Below are positions 20,428-29,428 of a DNA stretch of 64,000 nt, one piece after another (position 1 is the first letter of the stretch; each line of letters begins with the position of its first letter). Origin of the DNA: an uncultured Alistipes sp. (GTDB taxonomy: Bacteria; Bacteroidota; Bacteroidia; Bacteroidales; Rikenellaceae). Location: contig NZ_CABMQJ010000001.1 in assembly GCF_902388705.1 (NCBI RefSeq), forward strand, positions 78,454 to 142,453, written 5' to 3'. The notes under the pieces are model-generated. The model had not been told where the DNA came from. It worked only from the letters and a program-made list of their open reading frames with translations, and did no database searches. The position numbers and the translations under genes were made by a program.

Positions 20428-20458
20428 AAAGGCCGGACTTCATCGAAGTCCGGCCTTT
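20428..20458. terminator. bidirectional terminator between argS (+) and the SPFH gene (-)
   Basis: AAAGGCCGGACTT, loop CATCG, AAGTCCGGCCTTT. Confidence 0.6.
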
Positions 20459-20531
20459 ACAGTTGCCCCTTCCCGGGTGCGGTTTATCGTCTTTCGGGTG
20501 TGCCGGGTTTTCCGGAATTGCTCTGCAGCCG

Positions 20532-21398
20532 TTATTTCCCGCCGATGTTGATGAACGGCATCGCTCCGCCGCCGCTGTAGGTCGGGAGTTTGCCGTCCCA
20601 CTTGTTTACGGCGTCCTGCTGCACGAGCAGTGCGCTCAACGACTGTGCAACGACCCGGTTGTAGTAGGCTTCGCCGTCGCCCTTGATGCGCAGGGCCTGC
20701 GCCTCGCCCTGTGCCTTGGCGATCTCTATCTTCGCGTTCGCTTCGGCCTCCTTGACCTTGTTCTCCGCTTTCAGCGCATTCTGCACGGCTTCGTTCTTGG
20801 CATTGATGGCTTCGGCCAGCGACTGCGGCGGCGTAATCTGCGAGGTGAACTCCTCGACGATAAATCCTTCCGCCGAAAGGCTGACTTCGAGCCGCTTGCG
20901 CACTTCCGATTCGAATTCCCCGCGGTGCGACATCAGGTAATCCGACGTATATTGGTTGGCGCAGGTGCGGTAAGCCTCGTATATGCAGGTGCGGATGTAG
21001 CCGTCCTCGATTTCGCCGAGGGTCTTGCGGTATTTGGTGAATACGTCGGTCGCCTTGTCCGGGTCGAGCCGGTAGGCGATTGTCGGGTCCATCGTGAATT
21101 CCGAGGCGTCTTTGGCATTGACACGGAACGGCTCGTAGGTCTTGCGCTGCACATAGACTGGGTATTCGAATATGTTCTGCGTGATGGGATTGAACCAGAC
21201 CCAGCCCTTGCAGGTGCCGAGTACGCCGCCGTACTGGCTGGCGTCGGACGACCATTTCTTGAAGCGGATGCCGACCGAGCCGCTGTCGATTGTTTTGCAA
21301 CTCATAAATGCGATTCCCAGCAGTAGCAGGGGAATGATTGCGAACAGCAGGTGACGCGGTTTGACCTGCTGGATTTTGGGATTGTCGAGAAGATCCAT
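20532..21398 (-). CDS. SPFH/band-7 (prohibitin/HflC-like) membrane protein
   Basis: N-terminal TM FAIIPLLLLGIAFMSC, then SPFH domain ..IDSGSVGIRFKKW.., then a C-terminal coiled-coil rich in A/K/E. The overlapping 330-aa track ORF in another frame is rejected. Confidence 0.8.
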   Translation of the reverse strand: MDLLDNPKIQQVKPRHLLFAIIPLLLLGIAFMSCKTIDSGSVGIRFKKWSSDASQYGGVLGTCKGWVWFNPITQNIFEYPVYVQRKTYEPFRVNAKDASEFTMDPTIAYRLDPDKATDVFTKYRKTLGEIEDGYIRTCIYEAYRTCANQYTSDYLMSHRGEFESEVRKRLEVSLSAEGFIVEEFTSQITPPQSLAEAINAKNEAVQNALKAENKVKEAEANAKIEIAKAQGEAQALRIKGDGEAYYNRVVAQSLSALLVQQDAVNKWDGKLPTYSGGGAMPFINIGGK

Positions 21399-21682
21399 GT
21401 CCGGATAATTTTAATGGTAAATACGGTTTCACAAATATAGGAAAAAATCCGTATTTGCTTCCGTATACCGGTATTTACTGCGGTCGGCATCCCGCAATGG
21501 CGTTGCAGGCCGATGCGGTCGCTGTGCGGAAGCGGTCGGTATATATTTGTGCCGTCTTGTGTATTGCCGTAGCCGTTGCTGCCCGCGAATAGCCGTTGCA
21601 GGCCCCAAAGTATATGAAATTGCCGGATACGACTGTCCGGATTGCCGGGTGAAACGGCTGGTTCTCTGGTACGAATCTTGCG

Positions 21683-22696
21683 ATGTTGGTGGCGAGAATT
21701 AACCAACACAATTTTTGCGTGAAAACAATCTTTACAACATTCGCTCTATCTCTTGCGTTGTGTGCCGCTGCCGGAGCGACGGCCCAGGTCAGGAGCGCGG
21801 CACCGGTGCCTGCGGCCGATACCGTGATGCTTTCGGAGACTACCGACGGCGATTACCTTGTCCGCAGGTTCATCGTGAAGCGCCAGGACGATACGGATTA
21901 TAGGATTCGCTATCAAATCAACCTGGCAAAGCTCTCCTCGAAACTCGACGGCAATACACGGGAACTCGACGGGCTGAACAACTTCGTCGCCAACCTGATG
22001 CAGGATACGCTGATGAATGTCAAATCGGTCGAAATCACAGGTTATTCGTCGCCCGACGGTCCGGTGAAATTCAACCGGACGCTGGCTGAAAACCGGGCTG
22101 CGGACTTCAGGAATTATGTGGACAAGAAGTATGGTTTCTCGAAGAAATACGATGTGACGGTGAATTCCGTGGCCGAAGACTGGGAGATGTGCCGCGCACT
22201 GGTCGCGCAGTCGGCCGTTCCGGACAAGCAGGCCGTGCTGAACATTCTCGACGGCAGTCAGTCGCCCGATGCCAAAGAGCAGGCGCTGAAAAAGATGCCG
22301 TCGGCCTGGGAATATATGGTAAAGAATATCCTGCCGCCGCTGCGCCGGGTCGAGCTGACAATCAACTACGGCGCGGGCAATATCGTCGAGCAGCGTACGA
22401 TGATTCCCAAACCCAAAGTGGTGCCGCAGCCCGAACAGGCCTGCGAGCCCTGCAGGTGCGAAGTGGTCGATGAAACGATCACGGGCATCATCGTCGAGAT
22501 GCCCGGGTCGGATGTCGATTTCCGGAAAGATATGCGGGATGCCGGCAGCTACTCGAAAAAGGAGCTCCGCGAAGCGGGACGGATTGCAAGGGAGCAGGAG
22601 CGTGCCGCCCGCAAGATAGCCAAAAAGGAGGCCAAGGCCGCCATGAAAGCCGAAAACGCCGCTAAAAAGAGTTACAGGGAGCTTGAAAAAATGTAA
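21683..22696 (+). CDS. secreted protein with an OmpA-like peptidoglycan-binding-type segment and a Lys/Ala-rich C-terminal tail
   Basis: Signal peptide VKTIFTTFALSLALCAAAGATAQ; the true start may be the GTG at 21716. The segment VEITGYSSPDGPVKFNRTLAENRAADFRNYV resembles the OmpA C-terminal motif. The tail is ..REQERAARKIAKKEAKAAMKAENAAKK. Confidence 0.4.
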   Translation: MLVARINQHNFCVKTIFTTFALSLALCAAAGATAQVRSAAPVPAADTVMLSETTDGDYLVRRFIVKRQDDTDYRIRYQINLAKLSSKLDGNTRELDGLNNFVANLMQDTLMNVKSVEITGYSSPDGPVKFNRTLAENRAADFRNYVDKKYGFSKKYDVTVNSVAEDWEMCRALVAQSAVPDKQAVLNILDGSQSPDAKEQALKKMPSAWEYMVKNILPPLRRVELTINYGAGNIVEQRTMIPKPKVVPQPEQACEPCRCEVVDETITGIIVEMPGSDVDFRKDMRDAGSYSKKELREAGRIAREQERAARKIAKKEAKAAMKAENAAKKSYRELEKM

Positions 22697-22842
22697 CCGG
22701 CGCCACATATACAGGAAAGGGATTCCCGGCGAGGGAATCCTTTTCTTTTTTTGAGTTCATCGTGCCCCGGGCTTGAATATATTTGATAATCCGAAACGTT
22801 TTATTACCTTTGTCGGAGCATATTTTAAAAATACACGATAAT

Positions 22843-23130
22843 ATGGCAAATTTAAGGAACCTGAAGAAAGAGATCGATTACCGTCTTGAAGAGGTGGTTT
22901 TCGACTGCGATATGGCTATTTGTTTCCAGCCGTCGAAAGAAAACGAGATTTTCGAAGTGATGCAGGAGGCCGTCGCCGTTCGCAACGACCTTTTCGCCAA
23001 GGCCAACAATCCCGCCGAGCCGCATAATCCCTCGCTCGTGCGCAAGCACTATGCGGCTTTGCGTGCCGAGATGATCGGGGCATACGACAAACTTTTCGAG
23101 AAGTTGAGCAAAATCAACGAAACGAAATAG
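22843..23130 (+). CDS. small conserved hypothetical protein (about 95 aa)
   Basis: The ATG giving MANLRNLKKEIDYRLEEVVFDCDMAICFQP... is preferred over the track start at 22783. Followed by a terminator. Confidence 0.4.
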   Translation: MANLRNLKKEIDYRLEEVVFDCDMAICFQPSKENEIFEVMQEAVAVRNDLFAKANNPAEPHNPSLVRKHYAALRAEMIGAYDKLFEKLSKINETK

Positions 23131-23185
23131 GGCAGCCCTGTCCGGCTTGAAGACGGTTTCCGTTTCCAAAACACCGTCTCGCAAA

Positions 23186-23218
23186 TAAAAAAACCACTCT
23201 TCGGAGCGGTTTTTTTTG
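23186..23218 (+). terminator. rho-independent terminator flanked by an A-run and a T-run
   Basis: AAAAAAACC-ACTC-TTCG-GAGC-GG-TTTTTTTT. The stem is short with one mismatch or wobble. Confidence 0.5.
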
Positions 23219-23260
23219 TTGCCTTTCTGTCACTTTCTTTTGGATATTCCGAAAAGTTTG

Positions 23261-23268
23261 TATATTTG
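23261..23268 (+). promoter_or_regulatory. candidate -7 promoter element TATATTTG upstream of the MFS gene
   Basis: Matches TAnnTTTG 79 nt upstream of the ATG at 23347. Confidence 0.25.
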
Positions 23269-23346
23269 TTGAGCTGCAAAAGGAAATAAGTATATTTCAT
23301 TTTAAAATCCTTTTGTTTGCTTTGTCAGTAAAAAACCAAACTACGC

Positions 23347-24579
23347 ATGAACCAAACTGTTTTTGACAAGATCGGCCTGCCCAAACACCTCGCATGGGCT
23401 TATCTGGGTATCCTTATTTTTATGATGGGCGACGGCATCGAGCAAGGGTGGTTGAGTCCCTATCTTGTCGGGCGTGGACTCTCTCTGGAGCAGTCTGCCG
23501 GGCTTTTCACCATGTACGGTGTTACTATTGCCATATCCGCCTGGTTTTCGGGCGTTCTGGCCGAGGCCTATGGGGTGAAACGCACCATGTTCGCCGGACT
23601 TGTCATGTACCTGCTGGGAACCTGCGGTTTCGTCGGGCTGTCGCTGCCCGGGCTGGATTATCCGATGATGCTCGTCACGTACGCCCTGCGCGGGTTCGGT
23701 TATCCGCTGTTTGCCTATTCGTTCCTCGTATGGATTGCCTACGCCGCGCCGAAAGAGGGGTTGGGGAAAGCCGTCGGATGGTTCTGGTTCGTATTTACGG
23801 GCGGCCTGAACGTTCTTGGCGCCTACTATTCCAGCTGGGCCATCGAGCGGATTGGCAATATCAATACGCTGTGGACATCCGTGTTCTGGGCTTTGCTGGG
23901 GGCGTTCTTCGCGCTGGTGATGAATAGGTCGCAGAACCGCCCCTCGGTTGCCGGAGGCACCCGGGAAAAGATGAAGGAACTGCTGAAAGGCATCACCATA
24001 ATGAAAGAGGAGCCCAAGGTGCTGCTGGGCGGTATCGTCCGTGTGATTAATACGACGGCCCAGTTCGCTTTTCCCGTTTTCCTGCCCATGTACATGGCGG
24101 AGTACGGTTTTACGACGACGGAATGGCTCCAGATTTGGGGTACCATCTTTACGGCCAACATTGTTTTCAACCTTATATTCGGATTTGTCGGCGATAAAGT
24201 GGGGTGGCGCAATACCATCATCTGGTTCGGCGGCGTGGGCTGCGGCATTACGACGCTCCTGTTCTACTATTCGCCGCAGTTTTCGGCGGGTAACTTTTGG
24301 GTGGTCATGGCCGCCGGCATACTCTGGGGCGCTTTGCTCGCAGGCTATGTCCCCCTGTCGGCGCTGATGCCGTCGCTCGTCAAAAAGGATAAGGGGGCTG
24401 CCGTTTCGGTGCTGAACCTCGGCGCCGGGCTTCCGGTTTTCGTCGGGCCCGCCATCGTCGGCCTGTTCTATCAGCTGGTCGGGGGCGAGGGTGTCGTGTG
24501 GATACTCGCGGGACTCTATTTCTTCGGGGCTTTCCTGACCAGGTTCATCACCCTTCCGGGAAACGCCAAAACCGCGTAA
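23347..24579 (+). CDS. MFS transporter (12 TM)
   Basis: 410 aa, hydrophobic throughout. The MFS-like motif GRGLSLEQSAGLFTMYG sits between TM2 and TM3. Confidence 0.75.
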   Translation: MNQTVFDKIGLPKHLAWAYLGILIFMMGDGIEQGWLSPYLVGRGLSLEQSAGLFTMYGVTIAISAWFSGVLAEAYGVKRTMFAGLVMYLLGTCGFVGLSLPGLDYPMMLVTYALRGFGYPLFAYSFLVWIAYAAPKEGLGKAVGWFWFVFTGGLNVLGAYYSSWAIERIGNINTLWTSVFWALLGAFFALVMNRSQNRPSVAGGTREKMKELLKGITIMKEEPKVLLGGIVRVINTTAQFAFPVFLPMYMAEYGFTTTEWLQIWGTIFTANIVFNLIFGFVGDKVGWRNTIIWFGGVGCGITTLLFYYSPQFSAGNFWVVMAAGILWGALLAGYVPLSALMPSLVKKDKGAAVSVLNLGAGLPVFVGPAIVGLFYQLVGGEGVVWILAGLYFFGAFLTRFITLPGNAKTA

Positions 24580-24598
24580 GCGGCGGCTTGCCGGCCGT

Positions 24599-25369
24599 TT
24601 ATTCGTGGTCGCGGCAGCAATCTCCCGGATGGTGCTCCAGCACGGTGTGGGGGATATGCCCGTGCGATACGATTTGGATAGGACAGTCGTAATTGCGCAG
24701 CTGTTCCTCGGTTATTACGTTCGAATGGTGGCGGTGAACGCGGCGGTTGACGCAGACAATCTCCTTTACGACGCTGGTGATTGTGCCGATATCGTGCGAA
24801 ACCATCACGATTGCCATGCGGCGGTTCAATTCATGCAGCGTACGGTATAGTTCGTTCTCGAACTTGTTGTCCACGAAGTTCGCAGGTTCGTCCAGTATCA
24901 GCAGTTTCGGATCGGAAATCACAGCCCTGCACAGCAGTGCCCGCTGCATCTGGCCGCCCGACACTTCGCCGATCGGTTTATGTGCCGTATCTTCTATGCC
25001 CGATGCCGCGAGCAGCCCGAGGACTTTTACCCGGTCGGCTTTCGTGTAACGGGATACGAAGCCCTTGCGGCCCTGCAAACCCGACAATACCACCTCGAGT
25101 ACCGAGATGGGAAATGCCCGGTCGAAATCCGAAATCTGGGGCATGTAGCCGATCAGCCGCTCTTTGCCGCAGAACAGTTCCGGGGCCAGTTTTACCTCGC
25201 CCGTGTGCGGTACCGTGCCGAGTATGGCCTTTACGAGCGTCGTTTTTCCGCCTCCGTTGGGGCCGATAATCCCCAGGAAATCGTCCGGTGCGATGTCCAG
25301 GTTAACCCCGGCCAGCGCTTCGTAACCGTCGTAGGATACGCCGACGTTGCGTAATGTCACCAGGTTCAT
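24599..25369 (-). CDS. znuC: zinc/manganese ABC transporter ATP-binding protein
   Basis: Walker A GPNGGGKTT, signature VSGGQMQRALL, Walker B LLILDEP. The C-terminal tail HGHIPHTVLEHHPGDCCRDHE is His/Cys-rich. Confidence 0.8.
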   Translation of the reverse strand: MNLVTLRNVGVSYDGYEALAGVNLDIAPDDFLGIIGPNGGGKTTLVKAILGTVPHTGEVKLAPELFCGKERLIGYMPQISDFDRAFPISVLEVVLSGLQGRKGFVSRYTKADRVKVLGLLAASGIEDTAHKPIGEVSGGQMQRALLCRAVISDPKLLILDEPANFVDNKFENELYRTLHELNRRMAIVMVSHDIGTITSVVKEIVCVNRRVHRHHSNVITEEQLRNYDCPIQIVSHGHIPHTVLEHHPGDCCRDHE

Positions 25370-26217
25370 TTGCTTGTAATTATACCGGTTATGCCGTCGA
25401 TATTGGCGATTACGTCTTCGCGCAGCGGGTCTATCTCCACGTATTCGGCGTCGATGTCGCGTGCGATGACCTCCACGGTCGATGCCGGAAACTGGTTCTG
25501 GTAGAGAATGCGCCGCACGCCGTCCTCACGGGCCTGCCGGATGATTTGCGTCAGCTGCCTGGCCGAGGGTTCCTTGCCGTCGGCCTCGATGGCCACTTGG
25601 CGCAGACCGTAATCCCGGGCATAGTAGGTGAGGGCCGGGTGGTAAATGATGAAGTATTCCACGCCGCTTTCTGCTATTTGCTCCTTCGTCCGCTTGTCGA
25701 GAGCTTGTAATTCCTGCTGCAGGTGCCGGTAGTTGGTTTCGTACTTCACCGAGTCGGGGTATGCGCTGCGAATGGCTTCGTATGCGTTTTCCGCCATTTT
25801 CTGCAGGGCTTTGGGCGATGTCCAGACATGGGGGTCGACGCCGTGGGCATGCGTATGGCCGTGGCTGCAATGCGAACAGGAGCCGGCAATCAGTTCGATG
25901 CCGTGGCTTAAGTCCACGACTTTTTCCTGCTCTTCGACTTTGGACAGCAGCGTGGTTTCGAAGTCGATAAGTCCGACGTTAAAAATCATGCGGGCTTTGT
26001 TCAGGCCGACGAATTGCCGGGGCGTCGGCTCGAAGGTTTCGGGGCTTGCACCCGGCGGTACGAGCACCTCGATGTCGAAATCATCGCCGACGATACCCTG
26101 TACAAGGCTTCGAAGCGGCAGTATCGAAACGTACAACGTCTTCTCCTCCGTTTGCCGGCGGGGTGTACAGGCGCAGGTCAGCGCAACTGCGAGCAGGACG
26201 ATACAGATTTTACGCAT
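25366..26217 (-). CDS. znuA: zinc ABC transporter substrate-binding lipoprotein
   Basis: Lipobox MRKICIVLLAVALTCAC. Cluster-9 (TroA-like) SBP fold with a His-rich loop GSCSHCSHGHTHAHGVDPHVW. 4-nt overlap with znuC. Confidence 0.8.
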   Translation of the reverse strand: MRKICIVLLAVALTCACTPRRQTEEKTLYVSILPLRSLVQGIVGDDFDIEVLVPPGASPETFEPTPRQFVGLNKARMIFNVGLIDFETTLLSKVEEQEKVVDLSHGIELIAGSCSHCSHGHTHAHGVDPHVWTSPKALQKMAENAYEAIRSAYPDSVKYETNYRHLQQELQALDKRTKEQIAESGVEYFIIYHPALTYYARDYGLRQVAIEADGKEPSARQLTQIIRQAREDGVRRILYQNQFPASTVEVIARDIDAEYVEIDPLREDVIANIDGITGIITSK

Positions 26218-27007
26218 TTTGTATTCTGTTGTAAATTAATGTTTTATAAGTGATGCAGTAGGGTAGTCCCCTTTTCTTCTTATAAGCAACAGTCAGGCCG
26301 ATGGCAAGTGCTATTGTGCACAATCGCAGCGCATTGGCCCAGACATCGCCGACGGAGCCGGTCGTACTTACGCGAAACAGGATCCACGGCAGGTTCATCA
26401 GCGTGTGGAGCCAGATGACGCTCCACAGGTTGTAATTCCATTCGACATAGAGCCAGCTGAAGAAGAAGCTTCCCAGGGCGGTAATGCCGAACGCGGAGAG
26501 TGCGGACAGCAGGTCGTGGCCCTGATAGAGGTGGAGCGAGCCGAATGCCAGCGCCGTCAGCAGGGCCGCAGGCAGGAAACCCCACGCGGCGTAGCGGAAC
26601 AACTGTCCGAAAACAAATCCCCTGTATATCAGCTCTTCGAAAAATCCGGCGACGAATATCCACGTAACTGCCGCGTCTATCGAAATTTCCCGGTCGAACG
26701 TTCCGATAACGGCGTAGCCGGTGAGCATCGGCAGTACCGTAAGTAGGGCAAAAAGCAGACCTATGCCGAATCCGTGTGCGAGTCCCATCGAGGCTGCGAT
26801 GTCGCGGCGTTTGTGCAGCAGGAACAGCGTTCCGAGCGGAATAAGCCCCGCCAGTAGATAGTTTGTTGTGTAATGTGTTGATTTATATATAATTAATGCA
26901 TTGCCGAATGCCTGCGTGGGAAGATTGAAATACCATAATACGAAAAACAGCCCGAATGCGGCCAGGATAATCAGCGTGCGTATTATATAACGGTCATTTT
27001 CAACCAT
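26210..27007 (-). CDS. CPBP-family intramembrane metalloprotease (CAAX protease / Abi-like)
   Basis: About 7 TM. Motif 1 FFEELIYRGFVF. Candidate motif 2 FGSLH and motif 3 HTLMN. It is the first gene of the znu operon, with an 8-nt overlap with znuA. Confidence 0.75.
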   Translation of the reverse strand: MVENDRYIIRTLIILAAFGLFFVLWYFNLPTQAFGNALIIYKSTHYTTNYLLAGLIPLGTLFLLHKRRDIAASMGLAHGFGIGLLFALLTVLPMLTGYAVIGTFDREISIDAAVTWIFVAGFFEELIYRGFVFGQLFRYAAWGFLPAALLTALAFGSLHLYQGHDLLSALSAFGITALGSFFFSWLYVEWNYNLWSVIWLHTLMNLPWILFRVSTTGSVGDVWANALRLCTIALAIGLTVAYKKKRGLPYCITYKTLIYNRIQNA

Positions 27008-27026
27008 TTGTTCGGATTTAATGCTA

Positions 27027-27034
27027 CAAAATTA
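27027..27034 (-). promoter_or_regulatory. -7 promoter element TAATTTTG for the CPBP-znuA-znuC operon
   Basis: The plus-strand CAAAATTA is TAATTTTG on the minus strand, 19 nt upstream of the CPBP ATG (27007). Confidence 0.35.
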
Positions 27035-27099
27035 GCAAAAAATCAGATAAGTTTGATGTCGCCGTCACTTGCGATAGCTTTTGTTTTTTATAATGTACT

Positions 27100-27195
27100 G
27101 AATAGTAGTGTCTTATAATCGTAATATTTATAATCACAATTATAATTTAACATAATGGTAATATTATTTCATAACTTGTAATTGGTATTGGTTCA
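27100..27195. promoter_or_regulatory. AT-rich array of short palindromes (AATTATAATT, TAATATTA) with about 11-12 bp phased ATAAT repeats upstream of the znu operon, a possible metalloregulator operator
   Basis: cttATAATcgtaatatttATAATcacaattATAATttaacATAATggtaatattatt. AATTATAATT and TAATATTA are perfect palindromes. The composition resembles AT-rich Zur-type boxes. Confidence 0.25.
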
Positions 27196-27511
27196 CTCCA
27201 AACCGTCAAAAACCGCTTAAACTTATGATTTCAAACCCTATAACCACATCCCGAGCAAAAACCCTGCCTTGTTCGGGCACACCTCCGAAAGCTGAACGAA
27301 TATTTCAGCCGCATGCAAGGATGTTCATTTCCCTCATTGGCTGGCCCGGAAAATTTCCCGGATAAATTGAACCGGATTTCCCTTGCGGGTCAAAGCAATT
27401 TTTTTTGAAAATTTCTATCTTTGCATGGGCTGTGTATCCGATGTTGTGCAACCGGCATGATTTGCCGAATATACAGTGCGGTAGTAAAACGACAGAATAA
27501 AATCGAACGAT

Positions 27512-28006
27512 ATGAAGAGGATAACGAATCCCTGGCGCGGCATGGAGGGTTACCATTGCTACGGCTGCGATCCGAACAGTCCGCAGGGGCTGCGCATGGA
27601 GTTTTACGAAGACGGTGACGAAATCGTGAGCCTCTGGCGTCCCCGTCCCGAATATCAGGGCTGGGTAAATACGCTGCACGGAGGTATTCAGGCGACCTTG
27701 GCCGATGAAATCAGCAGTTGGGTCATATTCCGCAAGTTCCAGACGAGCGGTGTAACCTCGAAAATGGAAGTCCGCTATCATAGGCCGATTCATACGACAG
27801 ACGACCATATTGTCCTCCGCGCTGCCGTGTTGCGGCAGCGGCGCAATATCGTCGATATCGGAGTTCGTATCTATGATTTGAATGGCGAATTATGTACCGA
27901 GGCCGTGTGTGTCTATTTTATGTTTCCACAGGAAAAAGCGCACTCCGACTTCCATTTCTGCGAATGCGGCGTCGAAGCGGAGGAGGCGAATCCTTTCGGG
28001 AAGTAG
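27512..28006 (+). CDS. hotdog-fold thioesterase (PaaI-like)
   Basis: 164 aa. ..GWVNTLHGGIQATLADEISSWVIF... is the HGG...D signature of 4HBT/PaaI-type thioesterases. Confidence 0.55.
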   Translation: MKRITNPWRGMEGYHCYGCDPNSPQGLRMEFYEDGDEIVSLWRPRPEYQGWVNTLHGGIQATLADEISSWVIFRKFQTSGVTSKMEVRYHRPIHTTDDHIVLRAAVLRQRRNIVDIGVRIYDLNGELCTEAVCVYFMFPQEKAHSDFHFCECGVEAEEANPFGK

Positions 28007-28031
28007 GTGCTCTAAAGGTGATATGGCAAGG

Positions 28032-28066
28032 CAGGTTCGAACGACCTGCTTTATACGTTTTTATAT
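28032..28066 (+). terminator. terminator hairpin after the thioesterase gene
   Basis: GCAGGT, loop TCGAACG, ACCTGC, then TTTATACGTTTTTA. Confidence 0.4.
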
Positions 28067-28331
28067 AAAATAGGTATTTCCGCTTTTTTGACGATACCGG
28101 TCTTGGGGCTGATATGCCTCGGGGAGGGAGAATCGCACCGGTTCATATCGTTCGCCGGAATCCTGCGAAATGGTCGTATTTGTTGTCTGCTGTCCGAATG
28201 CCTGCGTTCTATGCGGAATCCCGGTGGAGAATTGCCCGATGGCAGGCTGCGCTGCGTCGGATTCCTGAGTTGTCGTTGAATTTATCCCGTTGAGAATCGA
28301 ATATTTCGGACTGGCCCCCGCGCGGAATTTT

Positions 28332-28805
28332 TTAGCGCATTGTCGGCGTGAAACTTTCGAATGTCTGGTCGTCGTAAAGCACGATGATTCGTTTGACATT
28401 TGCCTTGTCCGTCAACAGAGCGGATGAGATTTGCGAAGCCGCGTCCTTGGGTGGGTGTGCCGGTTCCCTGTCGTTCGATTTTTCTCCGTCCTGGAGTTTG
28501 CCGGAGACGACTGTGCCGAAAAGGTCGGCACCGGATGCTGCTGTTTGCGATGCCGGGGATACGGCGGATGGCTGTCCGGATTGCATTGCCGACCCGTCAC
28601 GGTACATCTTATCTGAATCGAGTAGCAACCAATCCGGATTGATTCGGGGGAACCTCTTGAGAATCTTTTGGAGCATATCGAAGCCCGGTTTGTTTCGTCC
28701 GGCAAGAATATGGGAGATTCCGGCGGGATTGATTTCGAGCAGTTCTGCGAGCTGGCTCGGCTTCAATCCCTCGTTTTTCATCAAATCGAGCAATTTTTCC
28801 CTCAT
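28332..28805 (-). CDS. helix-turn-helix DNA-binding protein (XRE-like HTH, low-complexity C-terminal half)
   Basis: MREKLLDLMKNEGLKPSQLAELLEINPAGISHILAGRNKPGFDMLQKILKRFPRINPDWLLL is an HTH_3-type motif, as in a small DNA-binding protein family common in Bacteroidota. The rest is Ser/Ala/Gln-rich. Confidence 0.7.
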   Translation of the reverse strand: MREKLLDLMKNEGLKPSQLAELLEINPAGISHILAGRNKPGFDMLQKILKRFPRINPDWLLLDSDKMYRDGSAMQSGQPSAVSPASQTAASGADLFGTVVSGKLQDGEKSNDREPAHPPKDAASQISSALLTDKANVKRIIVLYDDQTFESFTPTMR

Positions 28806-28820
28806 TTGTGTAATTTTTTA

Positions 28821-28828
28821 CAAATATA
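28821..28828 (-). promoter_or_regulatory. -7 promoter element TATATTTG of the HTH gene
   Basis: The plus-strand CAAATATA is TATATTTG on the minus strand, 15 nt upstream of the ATG (28805). It is flanked by the inverted repeat TTACAAA...TTTGTAA (28818-28846). Confidence 0.4.
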
Positions 28829-28860
28829 AATATTTTTCTTTTGTAAAACAAGAAAAATCT

Positions 28861-29290
28861 ACATTTGTAAAATGTTAATAGTTGTTGAAAAAGTTTACAT
28901 CTGTAATTTAGTTAATATTGTTAAAACTTACCAGATAAGCTTTGTTGAATCTAAAGTTTATATGGATATATGTATATAACTGATTATTAATCTATAATTA
29001 CATTTAATGCGGGCTGTGGCAGTCCTTATGGCGAGTTGTCACTACCCCACGACCTATGTGCTGAAATTATTTTGTAGGTAATCGCTGTAAATAGCTGGAT
29101 TATAGTACTTCGTTTTGTATTTGTTTAATCGTTTAACCGGCTGCGGACTGTATGTGAAACGCATTTTATCCGCACTCGCTCCCTGTTTTACAAATGGATT
29201 AATTAACAGCTCTACCAACGATTGTTAATTTACATATGTAATTACAAATGGAAATACAAGGGCAGATGGATGTTTACAATTGTAAATCCA
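28861..29290. promoter_or_regulatory. cluster of TTTACA-N2-TGTAA(A/T) palindromes and TGTAA half-sites in a 660-bp AT-rich leader
   Basis: Palindromes: ACATTTGTAAAATGT (28861-28875), TTTACAtcTGTAAT (28894-28907), TTTACAtaTGTAAT (29229-29242), and TTTACAATTGTAAA (29273-29286), which is a perfect 14-mer. There are at least 12 TTTGTAA/TTACAAA half-sites in total. Confidence 0.35.
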
Positions 29291-29387
29291 CCACCCTATT
29301 AAGTAAAAATTTCAGACTTTTTCTAATATTTCGAACTGTTGACAGACTAATTTATTAACAGCCCGATATTTCCTATGTATTATGTTA

Positions 29388-29428
29388 AATAAAAAAGAAC
29401 GGATAGTGTTAATAACCCACTATCCGTT
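29388..29428 (-). terminator. rho-independent terminator of the HIT gene
   Basis: 11-bp perfect stem AACGGATAGTG/CACTATCCGTT (29399-29409 and 29418-29428) with an 8-nt loop. On the minus strand it is followed by the U-run from plus AAATAAAAAAG. Confidence 0.7.

Noticed and set aside
20440-21432. 330-aa minus-strand ORF overlapping the SPFH gene in another frame
   Set aside because: The SPFH frame has a TM anchor, a band-7 domain and a coiled-coil. This alternative frame is Arg/Gly/Pro-rich.
28030-28060. tRNA-like T-arm motif GCAGGTTCGAACGACCTGC
   Set aside because: It contains GGTTCGAA, but no acceptor, D or anticodon arms can be built from the preceding approximately 65 nt, which are the end of the thioesterase CDS. 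It is better explained as the terminator hairpin of that gene.
28384-28878. 164-aa plus-strand ORF
   Set aside because: Antisense to the XRE-type HTH gene, whose helix-turn-helix motif is clear on the minus strand. It also runs into the AT-rich promoter region.
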